A DNA stretch of 64,000 bases from Dipteris shenzhenensis (GCA_047967505.1 CM106538.1), one strand, 5' to 3'; shown: positions 14,751 to 29,314, counted from the stretch's first letter. The notes: generated by a model from the letters alone, not told the origin. Made by a program: numbers and translations.

Positions 14751-16593
14751 TACCACATTCATAGAGTTTATATGACAATATTTAACTAAGATTATCATCA
14801 CAAGTCTACTTATAAATAAAACAACAATTATGCTTGCATTATTGCAGCATATGCCTCTTGCACATAGACTATGAGAATTATTTCTTTGGAACACCATGAG
14901 GCATGGAAATATATCATTGGAGGGCAAGATGTGCCTTTCTAAATCATAATAAAAAATGGTTGTGGAGGAGAAGGAATCGATCAATGGTACTACTCCTTGA
15001 CCAACCTAATGTAAGAAGTTCTTTGTGCCACCAACAATGGATCTTCCAGCTAACAATTGTTATATATACCATCTTGACTTTCAAAGGATGTATCTCCTCT
15101 TCCATTGCGAAAGGGGGCCTATGCTTAAGCACTTATATATATTTTTAGCACATTTTTTAATGTTAATTATATTTTAAAAAACTACTTTTTAAAAAAATCA
15201 AGTCTAACAAATAATTACTTGTTATTTAGTAATTATTTGTTAAATTGACTTTTTGTTTTTAAAATATTATATATATATATATTTATTTATTTATTTATTT
15301 ATTGAAACATTTAATTTTACTTTTATTAAAGTTGCAACACTATCGAGAAGCTTGGTTTGGTACCCCTTTTGTGTTATATTATAGCATATTAGAAGAATAA
15401 GTATTAACTACATGCCATGAGATAGGAAATTATGTACTACATTAAGAGACCTAGTCAAAAGAGGAGTCATCATTATAAACTGACTCTTGCCACCATTTTT
15501 GTTTTGCCTCCTCATCTCAGTCTCCTCCATTGTGGATCCACCTCCTTTTTGCATGTGGCATCATTATCCTTGTTCTCTCTTGCTCAAAGCTAATTCAAAC
15601 ATTTAGGGACTTAGTCTCAATAAAAGCTAAAATTTGAAAGGGATGTCCATGAAATACTTACATCAACAAAAAGGCTGCCAAAGTCCTCCTCCCTCATGAT
15701 CCATTCTAGTATGCATAGTTGCACTCCTTTGGCATGCATTATCAGTCCATCTTTTTTTCATGTCCACATAGCAACACATTTTAGCAAACAAATTCAATTA
15801 AAAAAGGGATTAAAGATATAACACCACTTTAAAGGGTAAGGTTACAAAAAAATGATAAAAGTAGTCCATCCTTTTGGAATAAAAGTGGAATGTGTTGTAT
15901 TTTCCTGCATTGCTGCCTTCTATTACATGTTAAACTTATGGTTCTTCTTCAACTCTTTCTTGGTGTCCTTTAAATCATTGTTACTATAAAAGTGGGTGGC
16001 ATTTGCACATCTAGCCAGCTCCCAGTTGGTATCAGTTGGTATGTAATGCTTAAGCGTTTGCATCATCTTATTAAGCATTTAACTAAACTTGAAGATAGTG
16101 TATACAATTCAAACCTCCTATCCTTTGAGTCTTACACCATACCCTCATCAATGTTAACCCTATAAAGAATGCTTGACCGTAGGATGGTGGACTTTGAGGC
16201 ATGATGATCATTAACATAAGGCCTCCATCCTTACCTCTCTCATTACGAGGAAAGGCAAGAGGCTTGTGATGTGACTTGTAGCCTCTCTAACTCCATCCCT
16301 TTATAGATGCATTCTCTCATCTAGGAGATCATTGTTTGAGGGCCCTCATGCACTTTTCCTCAATATCTCCAATAGATATCATTTCGCTACTTGTGGCCTC
16401 AAGACGATCCTAATCTACCATTGCAAGATATGCTCAATGCTCACCTAAAATAAGATGATCTAATGCAAATGGTGGAGAAATGGAATTTTAAAAGGAGAGA
16501 AAATTTTTCAAAAGTAGATAGAGCATTTTAGGAGGGGAGTTGGGATTTTAGAAGGGATAGGAGGAGAAGATGGGGAGCAAGCTTCAAAAGGGG

Positions 16594-17390
16594 AGAAAGA
16601 AAGAAAGAAAGAAAGTATATTAAACTCTATGGAAGACCAAAAGGTCTATGAAACTCAAAAAACCAGATCAGTTAAGGACTAAGAGTCCATCAAACCAAAA
16701 TGTCAGTTAAGTACTGAGAATCCATCCTAGTGTCTTTAAAAACTTATGTATTACATCAATTATGGACTGAGTGTCTCCACATCTACATTGGTGCCTAGCC
16801 AATTTGAAATCTTGAATGATTGCAATGCCTTCATGATATACTACCCATTTGCCATTCTTTCGAGCTTCTCGTACTTTTTGAAGTTCATTAGCCTTCATCT
16901 TAAGCTGCTGAGTAAAATATGTTGCTATCCATATCTGGGTGCCTTTTAGGGCTTTTGGTTGGCAAAGGAATGACAAACTATCCTCTTGTGTCTTGAACAT
17001 GATGATGGCATGATTTTGTGATGTGCATTGGAATGCCTCATTTATTGTTCTCTCCCAAGTGCTCATGGGCATGACATTCGCTACATTCACAAGGCATTGT
17101 TCAAACGATAAAAGAACTTTGAATTCCTCGCTTCGCCAATTCTCTATAGCAAAACCCCAATCAGCAAATTAAGTGCAAATTTTTCCCTTCAGAGCTACCA
17201 GGGATTCCATGAGCGGCACCAGTGTTTGAGCTACTAGGTTGACGTTGTTTAAGGAGATAATTATTTCAAGCTGTTGCTTGTTTCGATTGTTTTTGTCGAG
17301 CTGCAAGTGCTCCATGGCTAGCTAGTAAGCTAATGCCATGGGCTGAGCCATGGAGCTCGGCTCACCACGACTGAGAGGGATAGAGAGGCT
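16594..17390 (-). mobile_element. Internally deleted RTE/RTEX-like LINE derivative (ORF1-like region joined to ORF2 tail and 3' UTR)
   Basis: ORF 16707-17090 has LINE ORF1-like KALKGTQIWI...EARKNGKWVVY; its end ARHQCRCGDTQ resembles [11 protein letters not shown] of the 45552 ORF; 3' end tggaagacc....ggtctatga plus (GAAA)n matches 45330-45392. Confidence 0.6.
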
Positions 17391-17403
17391 ATCCATGCAT
17401 GCA

Positions 17404-17407
<4 letters not shown>

Positions 17408-17435
<28 letters not shown>

Positions 17436-17450
17436 TGTGTGTGTGTGTGT
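17408..17450. repeat. Compound (AG)n(GT)n microsatellite
   Basis: Direct inspection. Confidence 0.9.
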
Positions 17451-17559
17451 TTATCAAAAGTCTTTGAAAGGCAAAGGGAGAGAGAGAGCGGGAAGAGGCA
17501 ACAAATTTGAGAAGAGGAGAGTGTGGTAAATGGATTTTAAAATGGGATCGGGTGGATGA

Positions 17560-18150
17560 CAGGGGGAGAAAAAAAGAACCAAAGAGGGGAAGTGACCTTT
17601 AGATGGGAAGCAGTGGGGTGAATGAGGGGAATGTGAGAGAGGAAATTGAGGGGAATTGAAATAATAAAGGAATGGGATATGAGGGGAAATAGGAGGGGGT
17701 GGGAGGGGGTAGGGAGATGGAGATGGAGATGGAGAATTTTAGAGTAAAAGGAGGATAGGGAGCTATGGAAACATGGAGTTTTAAAAGGAAAGGGAGAGGG
17801 GGAAATGAGAGGAAAATTAGGGACCAAGGGATGGGAAATGAGGGGGACATCAAACTGGAGGGAGAGGGCCAAATAGAATGGGATGAGATGGGGAGGGGGA
17901 TGACGGGAGAGGGAGGGGAAAGGGAAGGGAATTGGGAGGGGATGAGAGGGTACATGAGGAGTGGATGAGAGGGGATGGAAGAGGAGAAATGGGTTGGGGT
18001 CAATGGGGATGAGAGAAATAAATGGGGATAGGTCAGGATGAGACAGGATGAAAGGGAAAAGGAGAGGGGAGGGGGAATGGGGGATGGGAGGGAATAAGAG
18101 GGGAATGGGGGATGTGAGAGAAAATGGGGGATGGGAGGGGTAAGAGGAAA
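17560..18150. repeat. Purine-rich (G/A) low-complexity tract; a second shorter tract lies at 19030-19217
   Basis: Almost no C on the + strand; gggga/gatggag units; explains spurious Pro/Ser/Leu ORFs. Confidence 0.85.
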
Positions 18151-20099
18151 AAGGGTTTTGAGTTTTTCAAGTATTTTTATGTGTGAATTTATAGCTAGTG
18201 GATAGTTATAATTCTTGCATATCACCATGCAAGTATAAATAATAATAAAACTAGGCAATAGATTCTATAAACATAGGAAACACTTAATGGAAACCATGGA
18301 GCTAGTTCTATTAGAGGACAAGATCTCATCATAAATACCTTGGATCAATAGATCACCATTAAGCTATAAAGGCAAGCAAGCAGTAGCCAAGCATCATTGC
18401 ATTCGTGGTTGAGCCAAGCACAAATAGGTGAAACAATAGCTCACCAGTGAGCTATAAAGACAGGGTGCCAAAAACTTTTTTCCCAGATGGCATTTTGGGG
18501 TTTCATCTGAAGGTACTCTTGTTTGTAGTCATTTTCAAGGTTTTTGAGCCTTCTGAGCTCATTTGTGGTGTCAAAGAGGTCAAATTATGCATGCATCAAA
18601 AGTTTTGTTTCTTCCAAGAATTTATACCCCTCTGGCAACATAGTTCACGTTTTGTTTTGTTCCAAGGAATTTGTACCAATGGAGTAGAGTAACGATGGTC
18701 ATCCATAGGTCAAATATTTGAACATCTATAATTACTAGTTTTGTGGGAGATGTGTTTGTTTGTATTGGGTCCTCTGCATGTAGGAATACAAGTTGTGCAT
18801 AAAACAATATTTTAAATTTCTCCTAATGCTAAATGCACAGTTCTACATAAATTTTCCCATTTAAAAAAATCATTATGATTGAGTCATATCAATCCTTGTG
18901 GCTAAAGATCAAGGTGGTTGTAAGAGTTCTACACCATATGATCGTTAATGGCATGCCATGAGCTATAGAAAAAATTCAATTAAAACTCTTAAAACTCACA
19001 AAAACTTACTCGCAAAATGCCAAGCCCTGAGGAAAAATGAGGGAAGGGATGGGAGGAGAAACTAGGGAGGGGGGAATGAATGGGGGAGGGTGAAGGGGAT
19101 GAGGGAAATGAGAGGGGAATTGGGAGGGGGAGTAGCATCAAAAAGGAAGGGAGAGGGAGGGGATGAGAGGGGAAATGAAAGGGGATGGGATGAGAGGAGA
19201 AATGAGAGATGAGATGGTATCCTAATTAAGCTACATGTTCCAAATTTTGTCCTATCTTTTAGCCTTTAATGTTTTCTGGTATCTCACTATTATCTCTTTC
19301 ACAATATGCCATTATTGAGCAATGTGCCAAAATAGACCTGCATTGCAACTTGCATGTCTAGGTTTTGCAATCTGACATCATGCGCAATCTTTCAAAGCTT
19401 GCCTATAGTTTATGGTATGTCTTGCATTCACTACCCAATTATTGTATTGTTGAATGGTATGCTTCTAAAAACATCAAATTATATTGTTCCTATCTTGTTA
19501 GTTGCTTGAGGGTTCCAAACAATTGCATACTTCTACATTTGCGATCACTACCTACATCGTGTATTCCCATGATTAGGATCCTCAAGGAAACTTTTACCAT
19601 GTATCGGTTTTGTTTTGTGATTTACTTGCTTTTATATCTCTTATGTGCTTTGCTTGTATGGCTTACGCTTAGTATTTATATTGACTCAACTACAAGCGGA
19701 GCTATTGCCATAAGGTTGCCTTGCTTTAATGAATTGATTGTTGTGTATATTGTTGATGCCCAAGGAATGAGATGAATGTAACAGCTATCAACAAAGGAAC
19801 GACCATGGCTATGATAATGATGTGTGAGATCCATGACATCTATCGAGACAAAGAGACGTCCATGGTTGTGTTGTACTAGTCCAAGAAACTTTGCAATGGC
19901 TTTTTCTCCTTGATTGTTGCCTGAGCTTGTATCACAACCTCACAGTCATCAAGCCACAAAATAAATGATAGAATATAGCATTGGGCTATGATTGCTATTG
20001 CTCTTTTGCACAACTCAAAAGATAATCCATTGAAAATAAAGTCCCATGCAAGTGGACTTATAGTAGTTATGAATTTATGGACAATGTGTATCAGTAGAG

Positions 20100-20440
20100 C
20101 GACAATGTATCAAGAAGCTACACAAGACCCACAATGTATTTTTCATCCATTGCTATCTAGCAATGGATGAGGAATACAAGGCTATAATAGATAACAAAAC
20201 ACAGACTCTTGAAGAGTTAATTGAAGACAAACATACTATTGGATGAAAGTGGGTTTATGGACTTAAACTCAAATTTGATGGATCAGATTTACAATACAAA
20301 GCAATCTTGTTGCCAAAGGCTACTATTCACATGATTAAACCTTTGCTTTAATTTCCATAATGACCTTGTGCCATCATTGTTCCTTGCATACATGAAGTTG
20401 TTTTCCAATAGCTATGAAGAAACCAAAAACTTCAAAGCAC
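20100..20440 (+). mobile_element. Ty1/Copia RT N-terminal remnant
   Basis: YQEATQDP...AMDEEYKAI...IG*KWVY.LK..FDGS..QYKA, typical Copia RT start. Confidence 0.7.
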
Positions 20441-20598
20441 ATTTTCATGTTCATTGGGCCTCTTCCTTGTTACAAGACTTAATCTATGCTTACTTGATCT
20501 ATTCCTCATTTCAAGCAAAATTTCTTCAATATGTGGGGGACATGTGAGGCATGAGGGTGGCATTATAAAAGGTATGAATATTATTTGTTTTTTTGTTT

Positions 20599-20618
20599 GT
20601 GTGTGTGTGCGTGTGTGC

Positions 20619-20649
<31 letters not shown>

Positions 20650-20662
20650 TCTGCATGCATGC

Positions 20663-20699
<37 letters not shown>

Positions 20700-20760
20700 C
20701 ATGCATGCACACGTGCATGCATGGAAGGGTGTGCACATGTGTGCACGCATGTAAATGTGT
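20599..20760. repeat. Compound (TG)n/(GCAT) microsatellite
   Basis: Direct inspection. Confidence 0.9.
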
Positions 20761-22250
20761 ATGATGTGAAGAATTTGTGTGGTGGACATGTCAGTCATGA
20801 GAGTGGTTTTATATAAAGTATGAATAGTACTTAGGGAATGTGTGTGAGTGTGTATGTGCAAGTGTGAGAGAGAATGACTCAACTACAAGCAAAGCTATTG
20901 CCATAAGGTTGCCTTGCTTTAATGAATTGATTTTTGTGAATATTTTTGGGGAATGAGGTGAATGTAATAGCTATCAACAAAGGAATGACCATAGATATAA
21001 CAATGAGGTGTATGTGAGAATCATGGGATAGCTATCGAGACCAAGAGATATTCGTGGTTGTGTAGTAGTAGTCTAAGAAACTTTGCAATGGCTTTTCCTT
21101 CTTGAGTGTTGTTTGAGAATAGTATCACAACCTCACAGTCATCAAGCCACATGATGAATGATATAATATAGCATTGGGCTATGATTGTTACTGCTTCTAG
21201 GATGTCCCACCTTGCTAAAGGGTGCAAAGAGAAAAATAAACATGTAGCAAACAAGCAATTACAAGCAACTGCAAGACAAGTGCCAAGCAGACATGATACA
21301 TGGAGGCAAGAGGAATGCACACTAGGCAGCTGAAAGCATAAATTGTAAGCAATAGCAAATAGAGGCAACATGAGTACCAAAGCAATAACAAATAATTTCT
21401 TGTGTCTCATCATGATGGCTAGCTTTGTAGTAGTCTCTTCTACCTTGTTGTGAATTGCAACAATAGTTTGATAGCTTACACACATATATGTGCAACAATA
21501 GATTTTGGTTACCTATGCACAATGACAAATTGCAAATTTGTAGAAAAGTTCATGGTCAAACAATAAAACCTACAAACTAAAGCACATTAACTGGAACTAA
21601 CTTGATGATTATAACCGAGTTCCTAAAATTGCAATAGCTATGCTTTTAACTACGGAGAATCTATTTTTTAGTAGAATCCTTTTTCCATATTTATTCCAAG
21701 CTTTCTCTTTTTAAAACCTTTTCTAAATCAAACATTATTACTCTCTATCTTGTGCAATTTTGAAGTGTTGCAAGCTCTTCTTTGAGCTTTTGAGCACGTA
21801 GTTGTTATTTATTAGTGCCCAAAACTACATTTTTGAAGCCTAACCTTGAGTTACTACTTCTTTTGAGTCATTGATTATTTTGGATTGAATATTTATTTAT
21901 TAAAAAATTTGTTAAAATTACAGTGAGACTGTGTTTTTTCCAATGAAGTCAACACTAGCTAGAAGTGTGCACAAACTTTGTTCTTTAGATATGTAAGGAA
22001 ATCTAGAGCAATGCTTGTCTCAAATTGAATGGAGCTAAACTTACTTGTAGATCAAGTCCAAAAAGCACATGCTAAAGGCAAGGTGCTATAACCCCAAGGA
22101 AGGGCACATTCTTGGAGTGGAAACATGCTACCTATTCTCCTATAGAAGCATATGGTTTTATATATATATCTAATTGTAGTTGTGCATGATGTATATTTAG
22201 AAAAAATATACGTGAAAATAAATAGATAAATAAATAAATATAAATATTAC

Positions 22251-22301
22251 ATATATATATATATATATATATATATTATGTAGAGAGAGAGAGAGAGAGA
22301 G
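22251..22301. repeat. (TA)n and (AG)n microsatellites
   Basis: Direct inspection. Confidence 0.9.
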
Positions 22302-24209
22302 TTTTTAAATTACATCATGTACAACTACAACCTTCCTAATACATATTTAAACATACTGAGTAGGTTTAGATACATGGGGTGCGAGATATTCGAATGCATT
22401 GGATCTATAAAGAGACACATAAACTAGGGACTCACATTTTGACATTCAACTCTATTTGTGAGAATGAGGAGATCAATTGTTGACCAAAGGAATGGAATAC
22501 AATTGTTCTTAGCATGTTATGGAAGCACAATCTTGCCTCTTCTATTGTAGATCATTATTTTATATTGATTCTTGCAAGAAATTGATACCAACGACATTAG
22601 CGCTAGAGTTTGATGTGCCATTATATGATTTCTCCAATGTATTCCTTAGTTTCTATGTAGAAAATTGAGGAATACATTCCTCAATTTCCCCGTGGAAAAC
22701 AACCTAGAAGCTATAATACAATGGCTTGTAAAGCATGTCTTGATGAGTACTTAACAATGTACCGAGGCAGCCGCATTCGAAATGAGGCATAAGTGTCCTT
22801 TCTTCAGATACTATCTCTAGTTTCCTTGAGAATACTTTGTAGACTCCCCTTTGCATATTGGAGCAAGGTGGTCCCATAGAGCGCATTAGACCTAATGGTT
22901 GCAAAACAAGTTTACATTTCAATTTTCGACTTCTTCCAAAAATTCCAAAGGATGTCAGCAACTCAATCAAGTATGATTCCTTTTCAAATTTCTTTCCTTC
23001 CATGTTACATTCATGTGAAGTCCTTTCATTGTAATACTTTTAGTATAAAGTTTGAGAATTTGCTTTTCTCCCTCAATATCTTATGAATTTATTTGTGATC
23101 ATGAAGTTCATTTCCTTCTTTATCAATAGATCCTAGCCTCATCGTCACATCACTAGAAGCATTGCTCCTACATGTGAAACTTATTCAATGATTTGTTATC
23201 TACCTAATTTGAACATTAGCATACAAGTGCCAAGCTCATCATGTTTGATTAAAAATGTTGACAAGGCAATTTTTGGAGTTAATGTTCCATTGACAAATGT
23301 GGGTGAAATCTCAAAGGTAAAGGAACAAATGTGATGTCACTGTATGAAGTCAAGGTTCCATTGTGAACAATGGAGGCAATGTATAGAGTTAATCTCCCAC
23401 TCAGAAACCATGGAAGAAAGCTCAAAAGGTAAAGGAGAAAACTTAATGTCACCTTCAAAAATAATGTCAAAAGAGGTGGTAAAAGAAACAAGGCAATAGA
23501 TTTGGATGGGTTTTGCTCAAATGTTGTTTTACAATATTCAATCTTTTGCTATTTCTTGGAGGATATTCCAATTCATAGTGAAGATGAGAAAAAAGTAATG
23601 AGATAACATATCACAATTATTGCATTCATTGCATCACTATTTTGATATTTTTCTAATTGGATATTTCTTCGAGGAAATGTTCCATTCACTGTGAAGTAAT
23701 TACACGATGTTCATATAACATTTGTTGCATTCATTGCATCACTCTTGATAGTAGTTACATTGGACAAACAAGTGACCATGAAAACACATGGCACAACACA
23801 ATGCCAATTTGCAAGGTATTCGATGCATACTTCACATTCCAAGTTCTAGCGACAACCAATGAGGAAGGCAAACGCATTAGAGTTGCAGTTCATGGCAGAA
23901 ATTGACCCACCAAGTGCTATAATAATATCAACGACAATCATACCTCCAGTGACAAATATTACTATGTTATACTGTAGGAAAATAATATGGAGGCAAGATG
24001 GCCTACTATTTTGTTTGCCATCCTAACACGCTTTTCTGTAATTACAATGGAGCAAAGATCCATAATTTTTGTATCCACTTCAATGACATTAGAATATTTC
24101 TAAAAACATTTTTGGTAATGATTTTTGAAGACAAGCTTTCAAAATTTGAATATAAATGTGGAACCTACTTTGAAGGGTTGCGAGCGAGGTGACAAAACTT
24201 GTTTGAGTA

Positions 24210-27200
24210 GTGCATGCCCGCCACCCATCCCTATGTGGTGCTAGGGAGCATACGTTCCGTGAAAAGACGGAGAAGCAATCAGCAGCAGCAACCATTCGAG
24301 ATTGTGAGACCAATGAGTGTGGTGCGTGGTGAGGATGGAAGTGCCCTGAAAGAGGAGGAGAGTGGTGCCTCAAAAGAGGTAATTGCTATGAGTGAGCAGC
24401 TCAAGGAGGATGGAGAATTGATGTCCTACATGGAATTGCTAGCAAAATAGCTCCAAGCGGGCTTCACCCCACTGGAGTTGGAAGGAGCCAAACAAATCTT
24501 GCAAGCAGAGGTTTCTCAATGTGCAAGGGAAGCTACCACCAAAGGGTGGTACGAAGCGGGTCAGAAGCACATTGCACACTGAGCTCTAGGTCGAAGACAT
24601 CAGGCTTGAGCTCAAGCAGTTGGCAAGAGGAAGTGCCTACTTCTTCTTTATAGGCAGGGTACCAACTTTGGAGGAGCTCCAACAATTCTTGGTTTTTGAA
24701 TGCGATATTCCAACCTCAGTCTATACGGCAAAATTCATTGGTAAAGGCTTTTTTTGGGTGCGTTTTGTTTTGAAAGCTCTTCGCAACAACTTTGGGTAGG
24801 TCCTACATGTTTGCTAGTGCTTGTTATCCCCTAGAGTGTGACCTTCTCTATAGATGAGTTTCTATACCATGACTGTCAAGTGTGGGTGGATTTTTCGAAT
24901 CTCCCACCTTGGTACCCATGGGTGAGTCTGTTGATAGGATCGCTACAACACTTGGGAAAGTCTTGCTTATTATTTCGACATCACGTTCTCCTTTTGGTCA
25001 TAAGAGGACCTGGATCCTGTCCATCCAGTTCTGGATTTTATTGAGGTTAAATTTCTAGACGGCCTTTTGTTTGCTAAACAAGTTAGATTTGGGCTATTCT
25101 CGAATTTTTGCTTCGTTTGTAAGCAGAGAGGTCATTTTGTCAACGAGTGTTCGGTAAGGCCAACCAACATGGCCCTCGCGCGAGTGGACAAGGTCTCTTC
25201 CACCATCATATTCAAGCATGAAAGAGGGTGCACCAATCTAGTCTGCTTCTCTTCTAATCAAACAATCCTATTGTTGCATCCATCCATGAGCAAATGCAAT
25301 CATGGATCAACGGGGGTCAACATACAGTCAGGTGAACAATGGAGGGTGGCGTGTAAAAAAGGTAAGTCAAAGGTGGCCAACTTCAATGTAGAGTGTTGAC
25401 CCATTGCATGAAGTTCTTGCAATTCATGGTAAGGAGTTACTGGTGTTGGATTCAGCAGAGTTGTGGTCTCTCAAGTTCTACACACACCACAGATCGTCCT
25501 ACATGGTGAACAAGATGTTCCTAATGCCAACCATAAGAAACGCCTCCTCAACAAAAAATCTTAACCAGACCCGCACGAAGATAATTGCAAAATTATTAGT
25601 ACTGCGAAAACGAGGCCCTCCTTACCACCCCATGGGCAAAAAATTCATGAAGAGAATTAAAGAGGCTGCTAGGTCCACTGGGTAAGGGAAAGAGAAAAGA
25701 TGCCCACAAAGTCCTTGCTCAATAATTGGGGTGCAGAGAGTAGCAAGGGTTCGGGTATTGTGTAATGTCTTGGAATATTACAGGTTTGTGAATTAAAGGA
25801 AAACAAGAAGGTTGTCTCGCAATGGTGAAGAAGTGGAGACCTCAAGTTCTGCTGCTTCAAGAATTGAAGTGCGGCCTGGATGAGAATTGGTGGTTTGATT
25901 TTCGTAGGCTTGGTTTTGAGGTTTTTGCTAATTTTCCATAGCGGGGTAAGGGTGGCACAAGAGCCTTGCTGCAGAGTAGCCTCAGCCCCAAGGATGTAGG
26001 GATGGTTTTGTGTTTAGGGTTGCTTTAGTGTATGGACCCCATTCTTCGCAAGATAGGATCAATTGATGAGAACACTTGGAGGATTGCAATGTGGATGATC
26101 ACTGGATCATCGAGGGGGGTTGGAACTTTACAACCAACAAGCTAGATTTGTCTCACCTAGCTCCATCAATCTTAAGTCCAGAAAAGGATGCATGGGAGCA
26201 GTTGGTGATGAGTGGACTATGTAGAGCCGATCCTAGGATTTTGAAAGATTACTCGTGGTTGAACCATAGAAAGGGTGAAGACTACATGGCTGCTAGATTG
26301 GATTGATTCTACACTTCAGAAGAGGGGTGGTGGCTAAGAAGCCCCATGCATGGTGAAACTGTTGTTGACTCGGGTTTATTTGATCATGTGCCAGTGGTCT
26401 AGACATTTGGTACCTCGTTGGTGGAAGGGAGATCCTTGGATATCCCTTTCACCTTTAAGAAGAGTATTTTAGAATTCCAAAAATTTTGTAGAGAGATTGG
26501 GGAGTTATGGGTCGAGCACATGGCAACCTTTTTTGACCCATGTGCAAAATGGGACACCGCCATTTGCAGAGTAGTTGTCAGAGCTAAGGAGGTGGATCAT
26601 AGGCCACGGGAGAGTAGGAAGAATGAGGGGGGTCACCTGATTCTAGCCCAAAAAGCCATCAAGGCTGGCTCTAGCCTTAAATCCTATGAATCCATTCCTC
26701 TCAAATGGCATGCGTCCGTCACCAAAGGCTCTCTATATGAAGACATGAATGCTCGCTTAGTGAAGCTCTTCCCAAAAAGATAGACTCACCTAAAGGTTGG
26801 GGACTGGCATCCCATAACGATGCTTAATACCTCCTACAAGTTGATTGTGAAAGCGTTGGCAATAAGGATTCAGGAACTCTATGTAGAGATCGTGGATCAA
26901 GCAGAGCAGCTTCGTCAAAGGCCATGCCATTTTCAACAACATTCTAAATGTGTCACTTGCTCTGGATCATGCCATGAATGAAGGTCAGAAGGTAATACTC
27001 TTTGGTTTTGACCTTGATAAAGCCTATGATAGGGTTGGATGGGATTTTATTATTGGTGTGCTAGAATGCTTGGGGTTCGGTTTGAGATTCACTAGAATGG
27101 TTGCCACCTTGTTTGGCAATACGTTAGCCATCCTTTGGCTCACGATGGTGTTGTAGAAACCTATCCCCCCAAACGATCAATCTACCAGGGCTGTCCGGTC

Positions 27201-29110
27201 GCCTCGCTTTTGTTTGCCATTTGCACAATTCCATTTATAAATCATATCAAACTCCGTGTGTTATAAGGCAAGATTAAGGGTGCGTTGCTTCTGTTGGGTT
27301 AGCAACTAGTCACCCAACTCTTCACTGATGATATTGTAGCCTTTTCGGTAAAAGAGGAGTCCAGAGTTAAGAATCTCGTGGAAGTTATGCAAAAATTATA
27401 TTGTGCATCAGGTTCCCAATGCAGCCTTGACAAAACTTTTGTGCTAAGGACCAACTCTGCCCGCCCTCTTGTGTGGCTAAGTTCCTTGTAGGTTAACTTC
27501 ATCCCATAGGGGGAAGTAGTTAGGTACCTCGGGGGCCCGTTGGGTATAGGAGTCACAGTCAAGCAAAGGTTCAACCGGTTCATGGAAAAAATCAAGGGCA
27601 AATTGAAGGCATGGCATAATTTACAATTGAGCTGGAATGCAAGAGTGCTAGTGATTCAACATGTTTTAGTTGCCACCTCGACCTACTTAGCCACTATCTG
27701 GAAATTCTCCAAATCCAATTGGGGAGAGTTTGAGCACTTCCCTATGGGTAGAATATGGAGGTAAGAGAAAGCTTCATCACATCCCATGGGAGCCTCTGAA
27801 GTCTTTCAAGCTTCAAGGCGGTCTTGGAATCCCTGATGTGAGGCTGCACAATCAGGCCCTCATCTGTAAGAGATTGCCTCGTCTCTTTGATGGATGTTCC
27901 CCTTGGGTTGAGGTGCAGAAATTCATGATTGAAAAAAGGTCAGGGTCAAGGAGTGGGGTCCTGGATTGAGCTGGATTGGTATGACAGGTTGGTGTTGGGA
28001 TTTCTGATCAAAATTTTGGGTTCAGACCTAACCTCTGGTTTGGTTACTGCATGGAAAGATGGGTGAAAATGCTCAATTGGAAACGGCACAGTGGTCTCAG
28101 ATGCGATGCTAGCCTCTTGGAATCAATCTAATGGAGTGTGGCATTCCAAGACGAATTGTTTGGTTTGCATGATGTAGCTAGAGCTTGATCACTCTTTCGA
28201 AAAGGGGTGAGAAGATGGATAGATCTCTAGAATATTTAGGCAGCTGAATGGCTCTCCCTCAATTGTATTGCGGAATGAGTTCCCTTGAGTCTTGGCAAGA
28301 AGGACTTACTACTACGGTTGTGTTGGAGCACATACTAGAGAGCTGCTTGACCAACACGATTCCTTCGTCGCATTGGAGAGAGGATCAATGGGTGGTGGGG
28401 AGAACGTGCCTCAGAAAGCTTTAGGCTAGGGTGGCTTACCACTGGATGCTGGGCGATGCTGTGGAGCCGGTTGATCTAAACAAGAGATGGGACCTTCGTA
28501 GAGGCCAGGCTCGATGGTCACGAAGATCGAAAACGATCTGGAAGAGTTGTGTGTTGGCTCATCAGTGGCTCTCTATTCGTGCCAAATTAGCCAAGCATCT
28601 CCCTGTTTCTCGTATGTGCCCGCTGTGTAGCAAGTCCCTTGAGTCCATGGATCATCTTCTTTGGCACTGCCCAATTTCTCGCGGAGTCTAATATAAAGTC
28701 GAGAGGGCTGTGTGTGATTCTAGCATTATGTCTAAATTCTACCTAGGTTCAAATTTGAAGATGGTATTGCTTGGGGAGGATGCCCGAATCCCGTCGATGC
28801 TAGTTGCATGTTGGCCGTAGATCTGGTCGAGGATTTTGTTGGCTATGTTGGAGTTTTGTAATAGTTTGGTCTTCAATCATGCCAAGGGTGGTGATAACAA
28901 AGTGACAATGATCATGTTGCATGTAAAAGGTATTCTCGGGGATTTTGGTTGGGTGCTTACCCATAAGGCCTCGTTTGTCAGTAGAAATCTCCTTTTGATT
29001 GGTGCAGCCTTGAGGTCCTTTACTCAATACTTTATGACTAGTGAGCACCGTTTCCACAACACATTGCAAAATTAATACAAACTGCACAAACAAAGGTTCT
29101 CCATTTGTTT
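24210..29110 (+). mobile_element. Full-length but degenerate L1-clade LINE
   Basis: ORF1 zinc knuckle CFVCKQRGHFVNEC; endonuclease SWNITGL, WIIEGGWNF, ARLD*FY, DHVPV; RT WHPITMLNTSYKL, DLDKAYDRVGW, QGCP, FTDD, GGLGIPD; C-terminal CPLC...ESMDHLLWHC; many stops and frameshifts. Confidence 0.9.
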
Positions 29111-29314
29111 GACACATGTGGGCGGTTCTATGAAACGATGAGAATTACATATGGAAGCTTCTATGTGATGGCATATTAGATGCCTCACTCCCTATGCACC
29201 TCTAGGCTAGAGAGTTGGTACATGACTAAAAGATCTATGTGTTCCATTCGATTCATCTCTGCGTGAAAAAATCCCTAGAGTGGGGTGGGAAGGAAGCCTC
29301 AATCTTCTTGCAAT

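Larger units (their letters stand above)
19682..21196. repeat. Direct repeat of about 320 bp (19682-20003 and 20875-21196)
   Basis: Both copies run tgactcaactacaagc...gctattgccataaggttgccttgctttaatgaattgatt...gtatcacaacctcacagtcatcaagccaca...atatagcattgggctatgattg. Confidence 0.85.

Noticed and set aside
17537-18258. 219-aa Pro/Ser/Leu-rich ORF
   Set aside because: Arises from a purine-skewed low-complexity tract lacking stops
22400-23200. Possible very old minus-strand hAT remnant
   Set aside because: Only faint resemblance to a dimerization domain; not supportable by eye
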